Source: an uncultured Gemmatimonadaceae bacterium | GTDB lineage: Bacteria; Gemmatimonadota; Gemmatimonadetes; Gemmatimonadales; Gemmatimonadaceae | Length of the DNA: 64,000 bases | NCBI GenBank assembly: GCA_963761305.1 | Contig: CAVXGK010000002.1 | Span: 2,528,001 to 2,592,000, forward strand | Reading direction: 5' to 3' | In this document: piece after piece, positions 55,785 through 64,000 of the stretch | How the letters are laid out: each line of letters opens with the position of its first letter | How positions within the stretch are numbered: the stretch's first letter is position 1 | Made by a program: the position numbers and the translations under genes | Notes under the pieces: generated by a model | Database searches by the model: none | What the model saw: the letters and a program-made list of their open reading frames with translations, nothing else | What the model was told of the DNA's origin: nothing

Positions 55785-57215
55785 ATGAAGCATCTTTCTG
55801 TTGTGCTCGCCATTGTCGCGGCGACGCCCGCCATACTCTCTGCGCAGGCTACCCCGCCGGCGGCCGGTTTTGCCAAAGTCCAAGGCTTCGTCATCGACAG
55901 CGTCCATAATGGGCCGCTGTCGAACGCGGTGGTGCTCGTTGAGGGCGCATCGCGCCAAACGATGACCGACGCGGACGGTCGCTTCGAGCTCGACAGCATC
56001 CCGCCGGGCCAACACCGCGTCCAGGTGCTGTCCGCGGTTCTCGACACGCTCGGTCTCTCGATGCGCACGCCGCCGCACACGTTCACGGTGGACAAGACGG
56101 ACGAGCTCGACCTCAGCATTCCCAGCCCGAACCGCATCGCCAACGCGATTTGCTCGTCGGCCCAGCGCAACCTCGGACCGGCCGTGATGGTCGGCTTCGT
56201 CCGAGACCCGGACACCAAAGAGCCGGCGATGGGCTCGAAGGTGCAGCTCGTGTTCTACGTCGCGGACTTGATCGGGCGAAAGCAATTGCGCACGCGCGAG
56301 GCCACCGTCGATTCCTCCGGCTTGTACAAGATCTGCGGATTGCCCGGCGACATGACCGGCAAGGTGCAGGTGTTCCGCAATGGCGTGAGCTCGGGTGAGG
56401 TTCCCGCCGAGGTGACCAACGGGTTTCTGGCGCTGCGCGGCTTCAGCATCGTCGGAAAACACGAGGCGATGGTCGCCATGCAGGGAGACAGCGGGAAGAC
56501 CAAGATGGTCGCCCGGGGCAGCGCCCGCGTGACGGGCCGCGTGCTGGACAAGAAAGGACAACCGCTGCGTGACGCCCGCGTCATGCTCCAGGGCGGCGGC
56601 GACGTGGCGCTGACGAAAGCGAACGGAACGTTCGCGCTCGACAGCCTGCCGTCTGGGACGCAGGCACTCCAGATTCGCAAGCTCGGATACACCGTGACCG
56701 AGATACCGGTCGAGCTGTCGGCGAACGCGCCCGCCGTGGCGAACGTGACGATGAGCGACGCCGTGCCGCTGTTGGCGACCATGCGCGTCGAGGCGACGAA
56801 GGACAAAGGACTGTCGAAGGTCGGCTATCTGGAACGCAAGCAGACGGGCATGGGCTACTTCATGGACGGCGACCAGATCAATCACGAAGCGCTCTCGTTC
56901 GCCGACGTCATGCGCGTCGCCCCCGGGTTGAAGGTCGTTCCGTTGGGAGACGGCCGCACGTACGTCATCACGGATTCGCGCAATCCGGCCGGCAACGGCT
57001 GCGTGAACTTCTATGTCGACGGAACGCGGTGGACGGAGATGTCGCCGGGCGACGTGAGCACCTTCGTCAACCCCAGCGAACTGGTTGCGGTGGAGATCTA
57101 TCACGGGTCTGAGACGCCGGCGCAGTACACCGCGCCCGGCATGTCGAGCTGCGCGACGGTGGTCGCGTGGACGGTCGCCCGCGTCGGAACCCCGACGAAC
57201 AGCAAGAATCCCTGA
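55785..57215 (+). CDS. Secreted protein: three carboxypeptidase-regulatory-like repeats plus TonB-plug-like domain
   Basis: G.V.D...P..A.V repeats; C-terminal DVMRVAPGL..FYVDG..NPSELVAVEIY..VVAWT. Confidence 0.75.
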   Translation: MKHLSVVLAIVAATPAILSAQATPPAAGFAKVQGFVIDSVHNGPLSNAVVLVEGASRQTMTDADGRFELDSIPPGQHRVQVLSAVLDTLGLSMRTPPHTFTVDKTDELDLSIPSPNRIANAICSSAQRNLGPAVMVGFVRDPDTKEPAMGSKVQLVFYVADLIGRKQLRTREATVDSSGLYKICGLPGDMTGKVQVFRNGVSSGEVPAEVTNGFLALRGFSIVGKHEAMVAMQGDSGKTKMVARGSARVTGRVLDKKGQPLRDARVMLQGGGDVALTKANGTFALDSLPSGTQALQIRKLGYTVTEIPVELSANAPAVANVTMSDAVPLLATMRVEATKDKGLSKVGYLERKQTGMGYFMDGDQINHEALSFADVMRVAPGLKVVPLGDGRTYVITDSRNPAGNGCVNFYVDGTRWTEMSPGDVSTFVNPSELVAVEIYHGSETPAQYTAPGMSSCATVVAWTVARVGTPTNSKNP

Positions 57216-57239
57216 CGTGACCGAACGGAACCGCCGCAC

Positions 57240-57449
57240 GTGAGCTCTCGCGTCCGCGTCTTCGCCCACAGCGAGATCGCGACCGAGTGCGACGCGTGCG
57301 GCGTGCGGTTTCACATCACGTCGGGCGGCGCGTGCGTGAAGTGCCGGCGCGTCTTCTGCGCGCGACATCTCTACGGGTCGTGGCTCCGGCGGCTCGCGGT
57401 GGATCTCGGCGCGGCCTCCGTGTGCGTCGCCTGCCGCCACGCGGCGTGA
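57240..57449 (+). CDS. Small Cys/His-rich zinc-finger-like protein
   Basis: CxxC..CxxC-x4-CxxH..CxxC in 69 aa; GTGA overlap with next gene. Confidence 0.7.
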   Translation: MSSRVRVFAHSEIATECDACGVRFHITSGGACVKCRRVFCARHLYGSWLRRLAVDLGAASVCVACRHAA

Positions 57450-57898
57450 CGAATTTCGAGCCGCAGGATCCCGACTTCGAGCGGCGAGTTCGCGAGAGCT
57501 TCGGGCGGCAGCGGTTCATGACCACGATCGGCGCGCGGCTCGCGCGGGTCGCGCCGGGTGGAGTGGACATCGAGCTCGCGGTGCGCGACGACCTCTTGCA
57601 GCAGCACGGATTCCTGCACGCCGGCGCGCTCGCTACCGTCGCCGACAGTGCGTGCGGCTACGCGGCCCTCTCGCTCATGCCGGCAGGGGCCGCTGTGTTG
57701 AGCATCGAATTCAAGATCAACATGCTCGCGCCGGCCAAGGGCGACCGCGTGGTGGCGCACGGCAGCGTGCTTCGCGCGGGCAGAAACATTACCGTGTGCC
57801 GCGGCGACGTCGTCGCGCATTCCGGGGAAGGCACGCGCCTCGTCGCGACGATGGTCGGTACGATGATGACCGTGCGCGACCGCGGTCTCTCCGACTGA
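57446..57898 (+). CDS. PaaI family thioesterase
   Basis: QQHGFLHAG..DSACGYAA, EFKINMLAPA. Confidence 0.92.
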   Translation: MTNFEPQDPDFERRVRESFGRQRFMTTIGARLARVAPGGVDIELAVRDDLLQQHGFLHAGALATVADSACGYAALSLMPAGAAVLSIEFKINMLAPAKGDRVVAHGSVLRAGRNITVCRGDVVAHSGEGTRLVATMVGTMMTVRDRGLSD

Positions 57899-57907
57899 CT
57901 CGCCGCG

Positions 57908-58861
57908 TCAGGCGAGCAGCGTGCGCAGCTTGTCGATCGCGATGTTGCCGCCGCTGACGACGGCGGCGATGCGCTCGCCGTCGCGAAACGGCACCGCGCG
58001 AGACAACACGGCAGCCGTCGCGGCGGCGCCCGCGGGTTCGGCGAGGAGCTTGGCGCTCAACAGCAATTCGCCGAGCGCGCTCTGGATCACGTCGTCGTCG
58101 ATCAACACGACGTCGTCCACGTAGCGGCGGATGATCTCGTAGTTCACCTGCCCCGTCATCGGCGCGGCGAGGCCGTCGGCGATGGTGTTCACCGACTCGA
58201 GCGTCACGGCGCGCCCCGCGTCGAGGCTGAGGCGCGTCGACGGCGCGCCGCGCGGCTCGACGCCGAACACGCGGATGCCCGGATTCATCTCCTTGATCGC
58301 GACCGCCATTCCGGAGATCAAGCCGCCGCCGCCAATCGGAATCACGACCGCGTCGAGCTCTTCGGCCTGCTCGATGAGCTCCATGCCCGTCGTCCCGGCG
58401 CCGGCACACACGACCTCGTCGTCGAACGGGTGGACGAAGACGAGGTTGCGTTCCTTCTCCAGCTCCCGCGCGCGTTCGATCGCCTGAATGCTCGTCGCGC
58501 CGTGCAGGACGACCTCCGCGCCGTAGCCGCGGCTGGCGTCGATCTTGGCCGGCGACGCCGCTTCGGGCATCACGACCACCGCGTGAATGCCCGCCGAGTG
58601 GGCTCCCCATGCGAGCGCCTGGGCGTGATTCCCCGCCGAGACGGTGACGACGCCGCGCGTGCGCTCCGACGCGCTGAGCCGGCTCAGCTTGTTGAGCACA
58701 CCGCGGACTTTGAACGAACCGGTCTTTTGCAGATTCTCGCATTTGAGAACCAGTCGGACGCCGACGCGCGCGCCGATGCGGCTTGCCGACATCGTCGGAG
58801 TGACGTGGACGCGGCCGGCAATGCGTTGGCGAGCGTCGCGGATCTCATTCAGACCGATCAT
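57908..58861 (-). CDS. PLP-dependent threonine/serine dehydratase (second copy)
   Basis: KCENLQKTGSFKVRG, SAGNHAQ, IGGGGL, SGGNI. Confidence 0.92.
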   Translation of the reverse strand: MIGLNEIRDARQRIAGRVHVTPTMSASRIGARVGVRLVLKCENLQKTGSFKVRGVLNKLSRLSASERTRGVVTVSAGNHAQALAWGAHSAGIHAVVVMPEAASPAKIDASRGYGAEVVLHGATSIQAIERARELEKERNLVFVHPFDDEVVCAGAGTTGMELIEQAEELDAVVIPIGGGGLISGMAVAIKEMNPGIRVFGVEPRGAPSTRLSLDAGRAVTLESVNTIADGLAAPMTGQVNYEIIRRYVDDVVLIDDDVIQSALGELLLSAKLLAEPAGAAATAAVLSRAVPFRDGERIAAVVSGGNIAIDKLRTLLA

Positions 58862-58907
58862 CGCTGAAATATGAGACTCACACGGTCGGCCAACCACCCG
58901 CGACGAG

Positions 58908-59996
58908 TTGGACCGCAGGTTACATTGGCGCGTGCTCAAGCGACACGACTCCGTCGTCATTTTCGCCACGGTCGTGGCCATCGTCGCAACGGCGAGCTTC
59001 CGCATCGTCGGCGCGAACGACGTGCTCCGGTTCATCGCGGCCGCCGCCGCGCTGTCGCTGCTCGCCGTCAACGTATCGCGCGGCACGGAACAGCTTGGCG
59101 CGCACCTCGGTCCGGCGGGCACGGGAATTCTCCAGGCGGCCCTTGGGAATCTGCCCGAGCTCCTCGTCTGCATTTTCGCTCTGCGCGCGGGACTGGTGTC
59201 CGTGGTGCAGGGTGCGCTGATCGGGTCGATCCTCGCGAACTCGCTTCTCGTACTGGGGCTCGCGATTTTCGTCGGCGGCCTCAAACACGGCCGCATGCAC
59301 TACGACGCCGAGTCGCCGCGCCTCATCGTCTCGCTGATGATGCTCGCCGTCGCGGCGTTGACGATTCCGACGCTGGCCTCGGAGCTCCACACGCCGGCCG
59401 CGGGCCACGAACGGTCGCTCAGCGTCGCGTGTTCCGTCCTGCTCCTCGTCGTATTCGTGGCGAGCCTGCCCTTCTCGCTCGGCTCCGACCCCGAGCGCTC
59501 CGCGCGGCGCGTCGACCGCGGATCGCCGGTCGCCGAGTGGTCGCCCACTCTCGCCATCGTGGTTCTCGCCTGCGCCTCGATCGGCGCCGCGGTGGTGTCC
59601 GAGTGGTTCGTCGAAGCGCTCGAGCCGGCGATCAACGCATTGCACATCTCTCAAGCGTTCGCCGGCATCGTCGTGGTGGCGATCGCGGGCAACGCCGTGG
59701 AGAACGTCGCCGGCGTTCGACTCGCCTCGAAGAACCGCCCCGACTACGCAATGAGCGTCATCCTCAACAGCTCTCTGCTCATCGCGCTCGTCGTGATCCC
59801 CGTTCTGGTGCTGTTCTCGTTCGCGTTCGGCGGCGGCGGGTTGACGCTCGTGCTACCGCCCCTCCTCATCGCCGCGCTGCTGCTCACGACGCTCACCTCG
59901 GCGCTCATCGTCTACGACGGTGAGGCGACGTGGATCGAAGGAGTCGCGCTCATGGGCTTGTACGGCATTTTCGCCGCCGCATTTTGGTGGGGATGA
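58908..59996 (+). CDS. cax: Ca2+/H+ antiporter (CaCA family); start may be GTG 58932
   Basis: Alpha repeats GNLPE and GNAVE; GSILANSLLVLG. Confidence 0.88.
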   Translation: MDRRLHWRVLKRHDSVVIFATVVAIVATASFRIVGANDVLRFIAAAAALSLLAVNVSRGTEQLGAHLGPAGTGILQAALGNLPELLVCIFALRAGLVSVVQGALIGSILANSLLVLGLAIFVGGLKHGRMHYDAESPRLIVSLMMLAVAALTIPTLASELHTPAAGHERSLSVACSVLLLVVFVASLPFSLGSDPERSARRVDRGSPVAEWSPTLAIVVLACASIGAAVVSEWFVEALEPAINALHISQAFAGIVVVAIAGNAVENVAGVRLASKNRPDYAMSVILNSSLLIALVVIPVLVLFSFAFGGGGLTLVLPPLLIAALLLTTLTSALIVYDGEATWIEGVALMGLYGIFAAAFWWG

Positions 59997-60003
59997 GCAC
60001 CGT

Positions 60004-60083
60004 GTCCACCCGTCCACCCGTCCACCCGTCCACCCGTCCACCCGTCCACCCGTCCACCCGTCCACCCGTCCACCCGTCCACCC
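60004..60083. repeat. Octamer tandem repeat (GTCCACCC)x10
   Basis: Ten perfect units plus one degenerate unit in the intergenic gap. Confidence 0.95.
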
Positions 60084-60096
60084 GTCCCCCCGACTC

Positions 60097-61149
60097 ATGA
60101 CGCGAATCACGATGACCGCCTTCCTGCTGGCTTTCGCGACGCGCGCGAATGCGCAGTGGGCTCCGCAACAGAGCGGAACGAACGCCGAGTTCCGCGGCCT
60201 CGTCGCGGCCAGCGCGTCGGTGGTGTGGGCGAGCGGCACGCGCGGCCGCGTCGCGCGAACCACGGACGGCGGTGCGACGTGGACGATCGACTCGCTGCCG
60301 GGGGCGTCGACGCTCGATTTTCGCGCGATCGCGCCGCGCAGCGAACGTCTCGCCTGGGTGATGAGCGCCGGTCCCGCCGAGAGCGGGCAGGCGCAGATTT
60401 TCCGCACGACCGACGGCAAGAGTTGGACGAAGCAGTATTCGACGTCGCAGACCGGTGTCTTCCTCGACGCCATCGCGTTCTGGGACGACCGCCACGGCAT
60501 CGCGATGAGCGATCCGGTCGGTGGGACACTGTTCCTCATCGCGACGGACGACGGCGGAGAAACGTGGAATCAGTTGCCGACCGACGCGGCGCCGCCGGTG
60601 CTTCCGGGTGAAGCGGCATTTGCCGCCAGCGGAACGTGCCTGATCGTTCAGGGCTCGTCGAACGTGTGGATCGGAACCGGCGGCGGCGCTCGCGCGCGCG
60701 TTTTTCGCTCGACCGATCGCGGACGAACCTTTCACGTAGCTGACACGCCGCTGCACGGCGGCAACTCGGCGTCGGGCATCTTCTCGGTCGCGTTCAGCGA
60801 CGAGCGGCACGGCGTTGCTGTCGGCGGCGAGTACTCGAAGCCGAAGGAAGCGTTCGACAACGTCGCGGTTACCGAGGACGGAGGAGCGACGTGGCGCCGC
60901 GCACGCGGACCGTTGCCGCCAGGCTACATGTCGGCCGTGGCGTACGTGCCCCGCTCCGGCGGCCGCCAACTCGTCGCGGTGGGTTTGGCCGGCACGGCTC
61001 GCTCGGACGACGCCGGCGAGAGTTGGACGATGGTGGACACCGTCGCGTATAACTCGATAACGTTCGCTCCGAACGGCGACGGCTGGGCCGCGGGTCCGCG
61101 CGGGCGGATCGCCAAGTGGTCCCCAGCGCCGGCGTCGAGGAAGCCGTAA
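60097..61149 (+). CDS. Secreted YCF48/BNR-repeat beta-propeller protein
   Basis: Signal peptide; TTDGG.TW repeats; EAAFAASGT. Confidence 0.85.
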   Translation: MTRITMTAFLLAFATRANAQWAPQQSGTNAEFRGLVAASASVVWASGTRGRVARTTDGGATWTIDSLPGASTLDFRAIAPRSERLAWVMSAGPAESGQAQIFRTTDGKSWTKQYSTSQTGVFLDAIAFWDDRHGIAMSDPVGGTLFLIATDDGGETWNQLPTDAAPPVLPGEAAFAASGTCLIVQGSSNVWIGTGGGARARVFRSTDRGRTFHVADTPLHGGNSASGIFSVAFSDERHGVAVGGEYSKPKEAFDNVAVTEDGGATWRRARGPLPPGYMSAVAYVPRSGGRQLVAVGLAGTARSDDAGESWTMVDTVAYNSITFAPNGDGWAAGPRGRIAKWSPAPASRKP

Positions 61150-61214
61150 GACTCGCGTCGGACGAGCTTCTCGGATCTCGATTCTCGCATCACCCCCCCC
61201 AGACGAGGGCGATC

Positions 61215-61877
61215 ATGGCTGCTGGACGAATTCTGCTCGTCGCCGTTGCGGCATGCGCCGTGTTGTCATGTAGTCACGGAGCGGCGAGCTCCTCGCCGGC
61301 TCCGGCATCGCCGGCTCCCCGCCCGTCGCAACCTGCGTCGAATCAGGCGACGCCCGCGCAGGAAGTGGTGACGTTGGCCCCGCGCCGGCCGCCGCCGTCG
61401 CGCGACAGCCTCGAGAAGCTGCGCGCGGTGTACGTCGCGCAGATCATGAGCCAGATCGCCGGCCGGGAGAACGACCCGGCCGAGCAAGTGTTCAAGAATA
61501 TTCAAGTGCTCAAGGGCATCACAGCTCGTGAGCTCGTCACGAAGATGGAAAAGGAATACGCGACGCCGCTCAGCTGGAACTGCACCAACTGCCACCGTCT
61601 CGCTCCGCAGGGGAACTGGGCCAGCGACACGTCGAACGACAAACGCCGCGCGCGCTTCATGCAGCAGATGACGAACGACATCAACCTCGTCCAGCTGCCC
61701 AAGCTCTACCCGAAAGACACACCGAAGGTGACCTGCGCGACGTGCCACCGCGGCTACAACGAGCCGCCGCCGCCCGAATACTTGCTTCCCGAGCGCGGCA
61801 AACCCGGTGGACTGCCCATCCTGCCGCCGCGTGGCCAATCGGGTCCGCCGCCGGCCGCGCGGCCGCCCGGCATCTAG
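61215..61877 (+). CDS. Diheme c-type cytochrome lipoprotein (PufC-fold family)
   Basis: VLSC lipobox; FKNIQVLKG, CTNCH, ARFMQQMT..IN, VTCATCHRG. Confidence 0.85.
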   Translation: MAAGRILLVAVAACAVLSCSHGAASSSPAPASPAPRPSQPASNQATPAQEVVTLAPRRPPPSRDSLEKLRAVYVAQIMSQIAGRENDPAEQVFKNIQVLKGITARELVTKMEKEYATPLSWNCTNCHRLAPQGNWASDTSNDKRRARFMQQMTNDINLVQLPKLYPKDTPKVTCATCHRGYNEPPPPEYLLPERGKPGGLPILPPRGQSGPPPAARPPGI

Positions 61878-63499
61878 CGCGAGCCGCACTCCGCGAGCAC
61901 CCGCTTCGGCTCGGCGGCGTTGGGCAACAGCGCACGCGCCGCGCGAGCCTCGGCGCGCGCGCGCGCGCATTCGCCGCGGGCGACGTACGCTTCGGCGAGC
62001 TTCACGTGGATGCGGTACGATCCCGGATCGAGCCGCGCCGCCCGCTCGATCGTCGCGATGTGTGTGTTCGCGCTGAACGATGCGATCGCCGCCATCTGAC
62101 CGATGCTGCGCGTCACGGCGACCAGTCCGAACGCCACCGTCGTGAGCAGCGCGGCAAATCGCAGCCACGTCTGCGCGACGATCGTCCGATCCGACGGCGG
62201 CGCCAGCGCACCGGCGAGCGCCCACACGAAGTAGGCCGGAATCGCCACGATGAGCGCCGCGTCGAACGAGCCGACGACGATCGCCGCGACGAGCGTCCCG
62301 ATGAGCGCCATCGACATCATCACGTGTTCCTCGTCGGGTATCTCGCCGCGCGGCTCCGTCGACCGCACGTCGACGTACGCGCGCCGCAGAAGCCCGAGCA
62401 GCACCACGGCGATCGCGCCGAGCCCCAGCAACCCGCGCTCCGACGCGTACGCGACCCAATCGCTGCTCGGCCACGGGTTGGCGGTCGTGCCCTCGTCCGA
62501 CGAGAGCGAGGGGTCGCCGCGCGAGGCGTACTTGGGGTAGACGACCGGCCAGTTCCCCGGTCCGACGCCCAGCAACGGCCGCGACTCCATCATGTGCAGC
62601 GAGTTCGTGTATTGGATCAGCCGGCCGTGTCCACTTCCCTCTCTGTAGTTCACTAACCCAACCGCTGAATCGATGTACGGCGTGTCGCTCTTCCACTCGA
62701 GGCGATTGGGGAGAAGGATCGCCGCGATCACCCCGACCGCCGCGCCCGCGGCAAGCCGCGTCAGCCGCGGAAGTGTTCGTGGGGTTCGCCACTGCCCTCG
62801 GCTCAACGCGGCGGCGAGGATCACCGCCAACGCCGAGAGGATCACGGCGAGCCACGCCGCGCGCGTGCGAGACATGGCGAGAACGCCCGCGACCGCGACC
62901 GTGCCAAAGACACCGAGCGCGACGCCATAGCCGCGTCGCGCGGTGACGGTCACGTACACGAGCACCGGAATGCCGATCGCGCAGAGGTGCGCGACGAAGT
63001 TGCGATTGCCGAACGTGCCGCCGGGCGCGCGATTCAGGCTGAAGTATTCGGTGCGGAGACCGTAGGCCTGGGCGATTGCGGTCAGTGCGCCGACCACGAC
63101 AGCGGTCGCGAGGCTGATGAGCAGCGGTCGGGCCAGACCGGATCGACGCAGCGCCGACGCACACCAGAAGAGAGCGGCGCCGGCCGCCGAAATTGCCAGC
63201 GCTCGCTCCGCGGCCCAAGGGTTCGTCGCGCCCAGCGCCGACACGAATCCCGCGGCGAGGAACAGCACCATCGCCAGATCCACCACGGTCAACGAAATGC
63301 GAACCAGACGCGACGCGACGGCGAGCGCGGCGACCGCCGCCGCGACGATGAGAACGAGCTCCTTCGGCACGAAGTAGCGGTCGAGATCGAAAGCTTTGTA
63401 TGGCGTCGCGGCCAGCACGACGGCGACCGCGCCGGCCTGCAGAATTCTTAGCGCCAGGCGTTCGCCTTTGGCGGTGTCTGCCGGCCGAGTGGCGTGCAT
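61874..63499 (-). CDS. O-antigen ligase (WaaL/Wzy_C) family membrane protein with C-terminal TPR-like segment
   Basis: GTFGNRNF, SRTRAAWL, PLLGVGPGNW; many TM helices. Confidence 0.85.
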   Translation of the reverse strand: MHATRPADTAKGERLALRILQAGAVAVVLAATPYKAFDLDRYFVPKELVLIVAAAVAALAVASRLVRISLTVVDLAMVLFLAAGFVSALGATNPWAAERALAISAAGAALFWCASALRRSGLARPLLISLATAVVVGALTAIAQAYGLRTEYFSLNRAPGGTFGNRNFVAHLCAIGIPVLVYVTVTARRGYGVALGVFGTVAVAGVLAMSRTRAAWLAVILSALAVILAAALSRGQWRTPRTLPRLTRLAAGAAVGVIAAILLPNRLEWKSDTPYIDSAVGLVNYREGSGHGRLIQYTNSLHMMESRPLLGVGPGNWPVVYPKYASRGDPSLSSDEGTTANPWPSSDWVAYASERGLLGLGAIAVVLLGLLRRAYVDVRSTEPRGEIPDEEHVMMSMALIGTLVAAIVVGSFDAALIVAIPAYFVWALAGALAPPSDRTIVAQTWLRFAALLTTVAFGLVAVTRSIGQMAAIASFSANTHIATIERAARLDPGSYRIHVKLAEAYVARGECARARAEARAARALLPNAAEPKRVLAECGSR

Positions 63500-63721
63500 G
63501 TGCGGGGAAACAAACCAGCCCGCTGCGTGCTTCGCCAGCGCGCCGGCCAGCGCATTGGGTGCGTCCTAATGTCGTGGTACGGCTGTTGTAAGAGGCAGAA
63601 TGGTCCGGAGCGTCAAAACGGCTGGCGCCGCTAGGTTACGTCACCTCGAGTCCGGCTCACTGCCGAAACGATGGTGTACAGACTCCGGAAGGCCAGCGCC
63701 GCGGGACTCCACATTCGCACC

Positions 63722-64000
63722 ATGAACATGAAAATCTCCAGCTCACACGTCGCGTCGGTCGTTGCCGTGTTGGTCGCCATGTCCGCCCCACTCGGAGCGC
63801 AGAACGGCGCTCAGGGACAGCGTCCCACGACACCGAATCCGGTCACGCGCTTCGACGCGACGGGCGCGGCGGACACCTCGATCTTCGCGCCGCTCAATCT
63901 GCCCCCGGGCAACATCTATCGCAGCGGCGACGGCTCGCCGGGACCGAAATATTGGGAGCAGCGCGCCGACTACGACCTGCACGGCACGCTCGACACGGCG
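63722..64000 (+). CDS. Secreted M1 family metallopeptidase, N-terminal part (runs off window)
   Basis: Manual translation MNMKISSSHVASVVAVLVAMSAPLGAQ...YRSGDGSPGPKYWEQRADY, matching the GETGPNYWQQFAHY segment of the M1 peptidase at 35405. Confidence 0.75.
   Translation, partial: MNMKISSSHVASVVAVLVAMSAPLGAQNGAQGQRPTTPNPVTRFDATGAADTSIFAPLNLPPGNIYRSGDGSPGPKYWEQRADYDLHGTLDTA

Noticed and set aside
60004..60083. Repeat arrays as CRISPR
   Set aside because: Contiguous 8-mers with no spacers; no cas genes. The CHAT gene has no type III-E neighbours either.
60097..61877. Photosynthesis locus (YCF48-like plus PufC-like)
   Set aside because: No pufLM, bch or crt genes in the window; both folds are common in non-phototrophs.
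63500..63721. Possible structured RNA in the divergent spacer (TCCGGAG/CTCCGGA pairing)
   Set aside because: Short GC-rich stems only; no recognisable RNA family.

Overview
High-GC bacterial chromosomal window; gene content (ADOP-type permease with PadR, Gly/Arg-rich secreted hydrolases, carboxypeptidase-regulatory-like proteins) suggests Gemmatimonadota or a similar soil lineage (inference). About 58 CDSs: housekeeping and metabolic genes (mutY, citrate synthase, metH plus a yitJ-like gene under a SAM-II riboswitch, acyl-CoA dehydrogenase, amidase), a nucleotide-sugar/glycosyltransferase cluster with a tandem GT2 duplication, many secreted peptidases and beta-propeller proteins, and three ECF sigma modules. 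The strongest candidate for an undescribed system is 37954-46254. Two convergent operons (outer-membrane barrel, secreted protein, ECF sigma, membrane anti-sigma; and small secreted protein, possible micro-ORF, signal-peptide-bearing TPR-CHAT caspase-like protease) are each preceded by the same promoter-like motif CTGAGAAT-N14-TGCGT, 10-11 nt before the first start codon. No rRNA, tRNA, CRISPR array or transposase was recognised. All protein calls come from motif recognition by eye, not from database searches.
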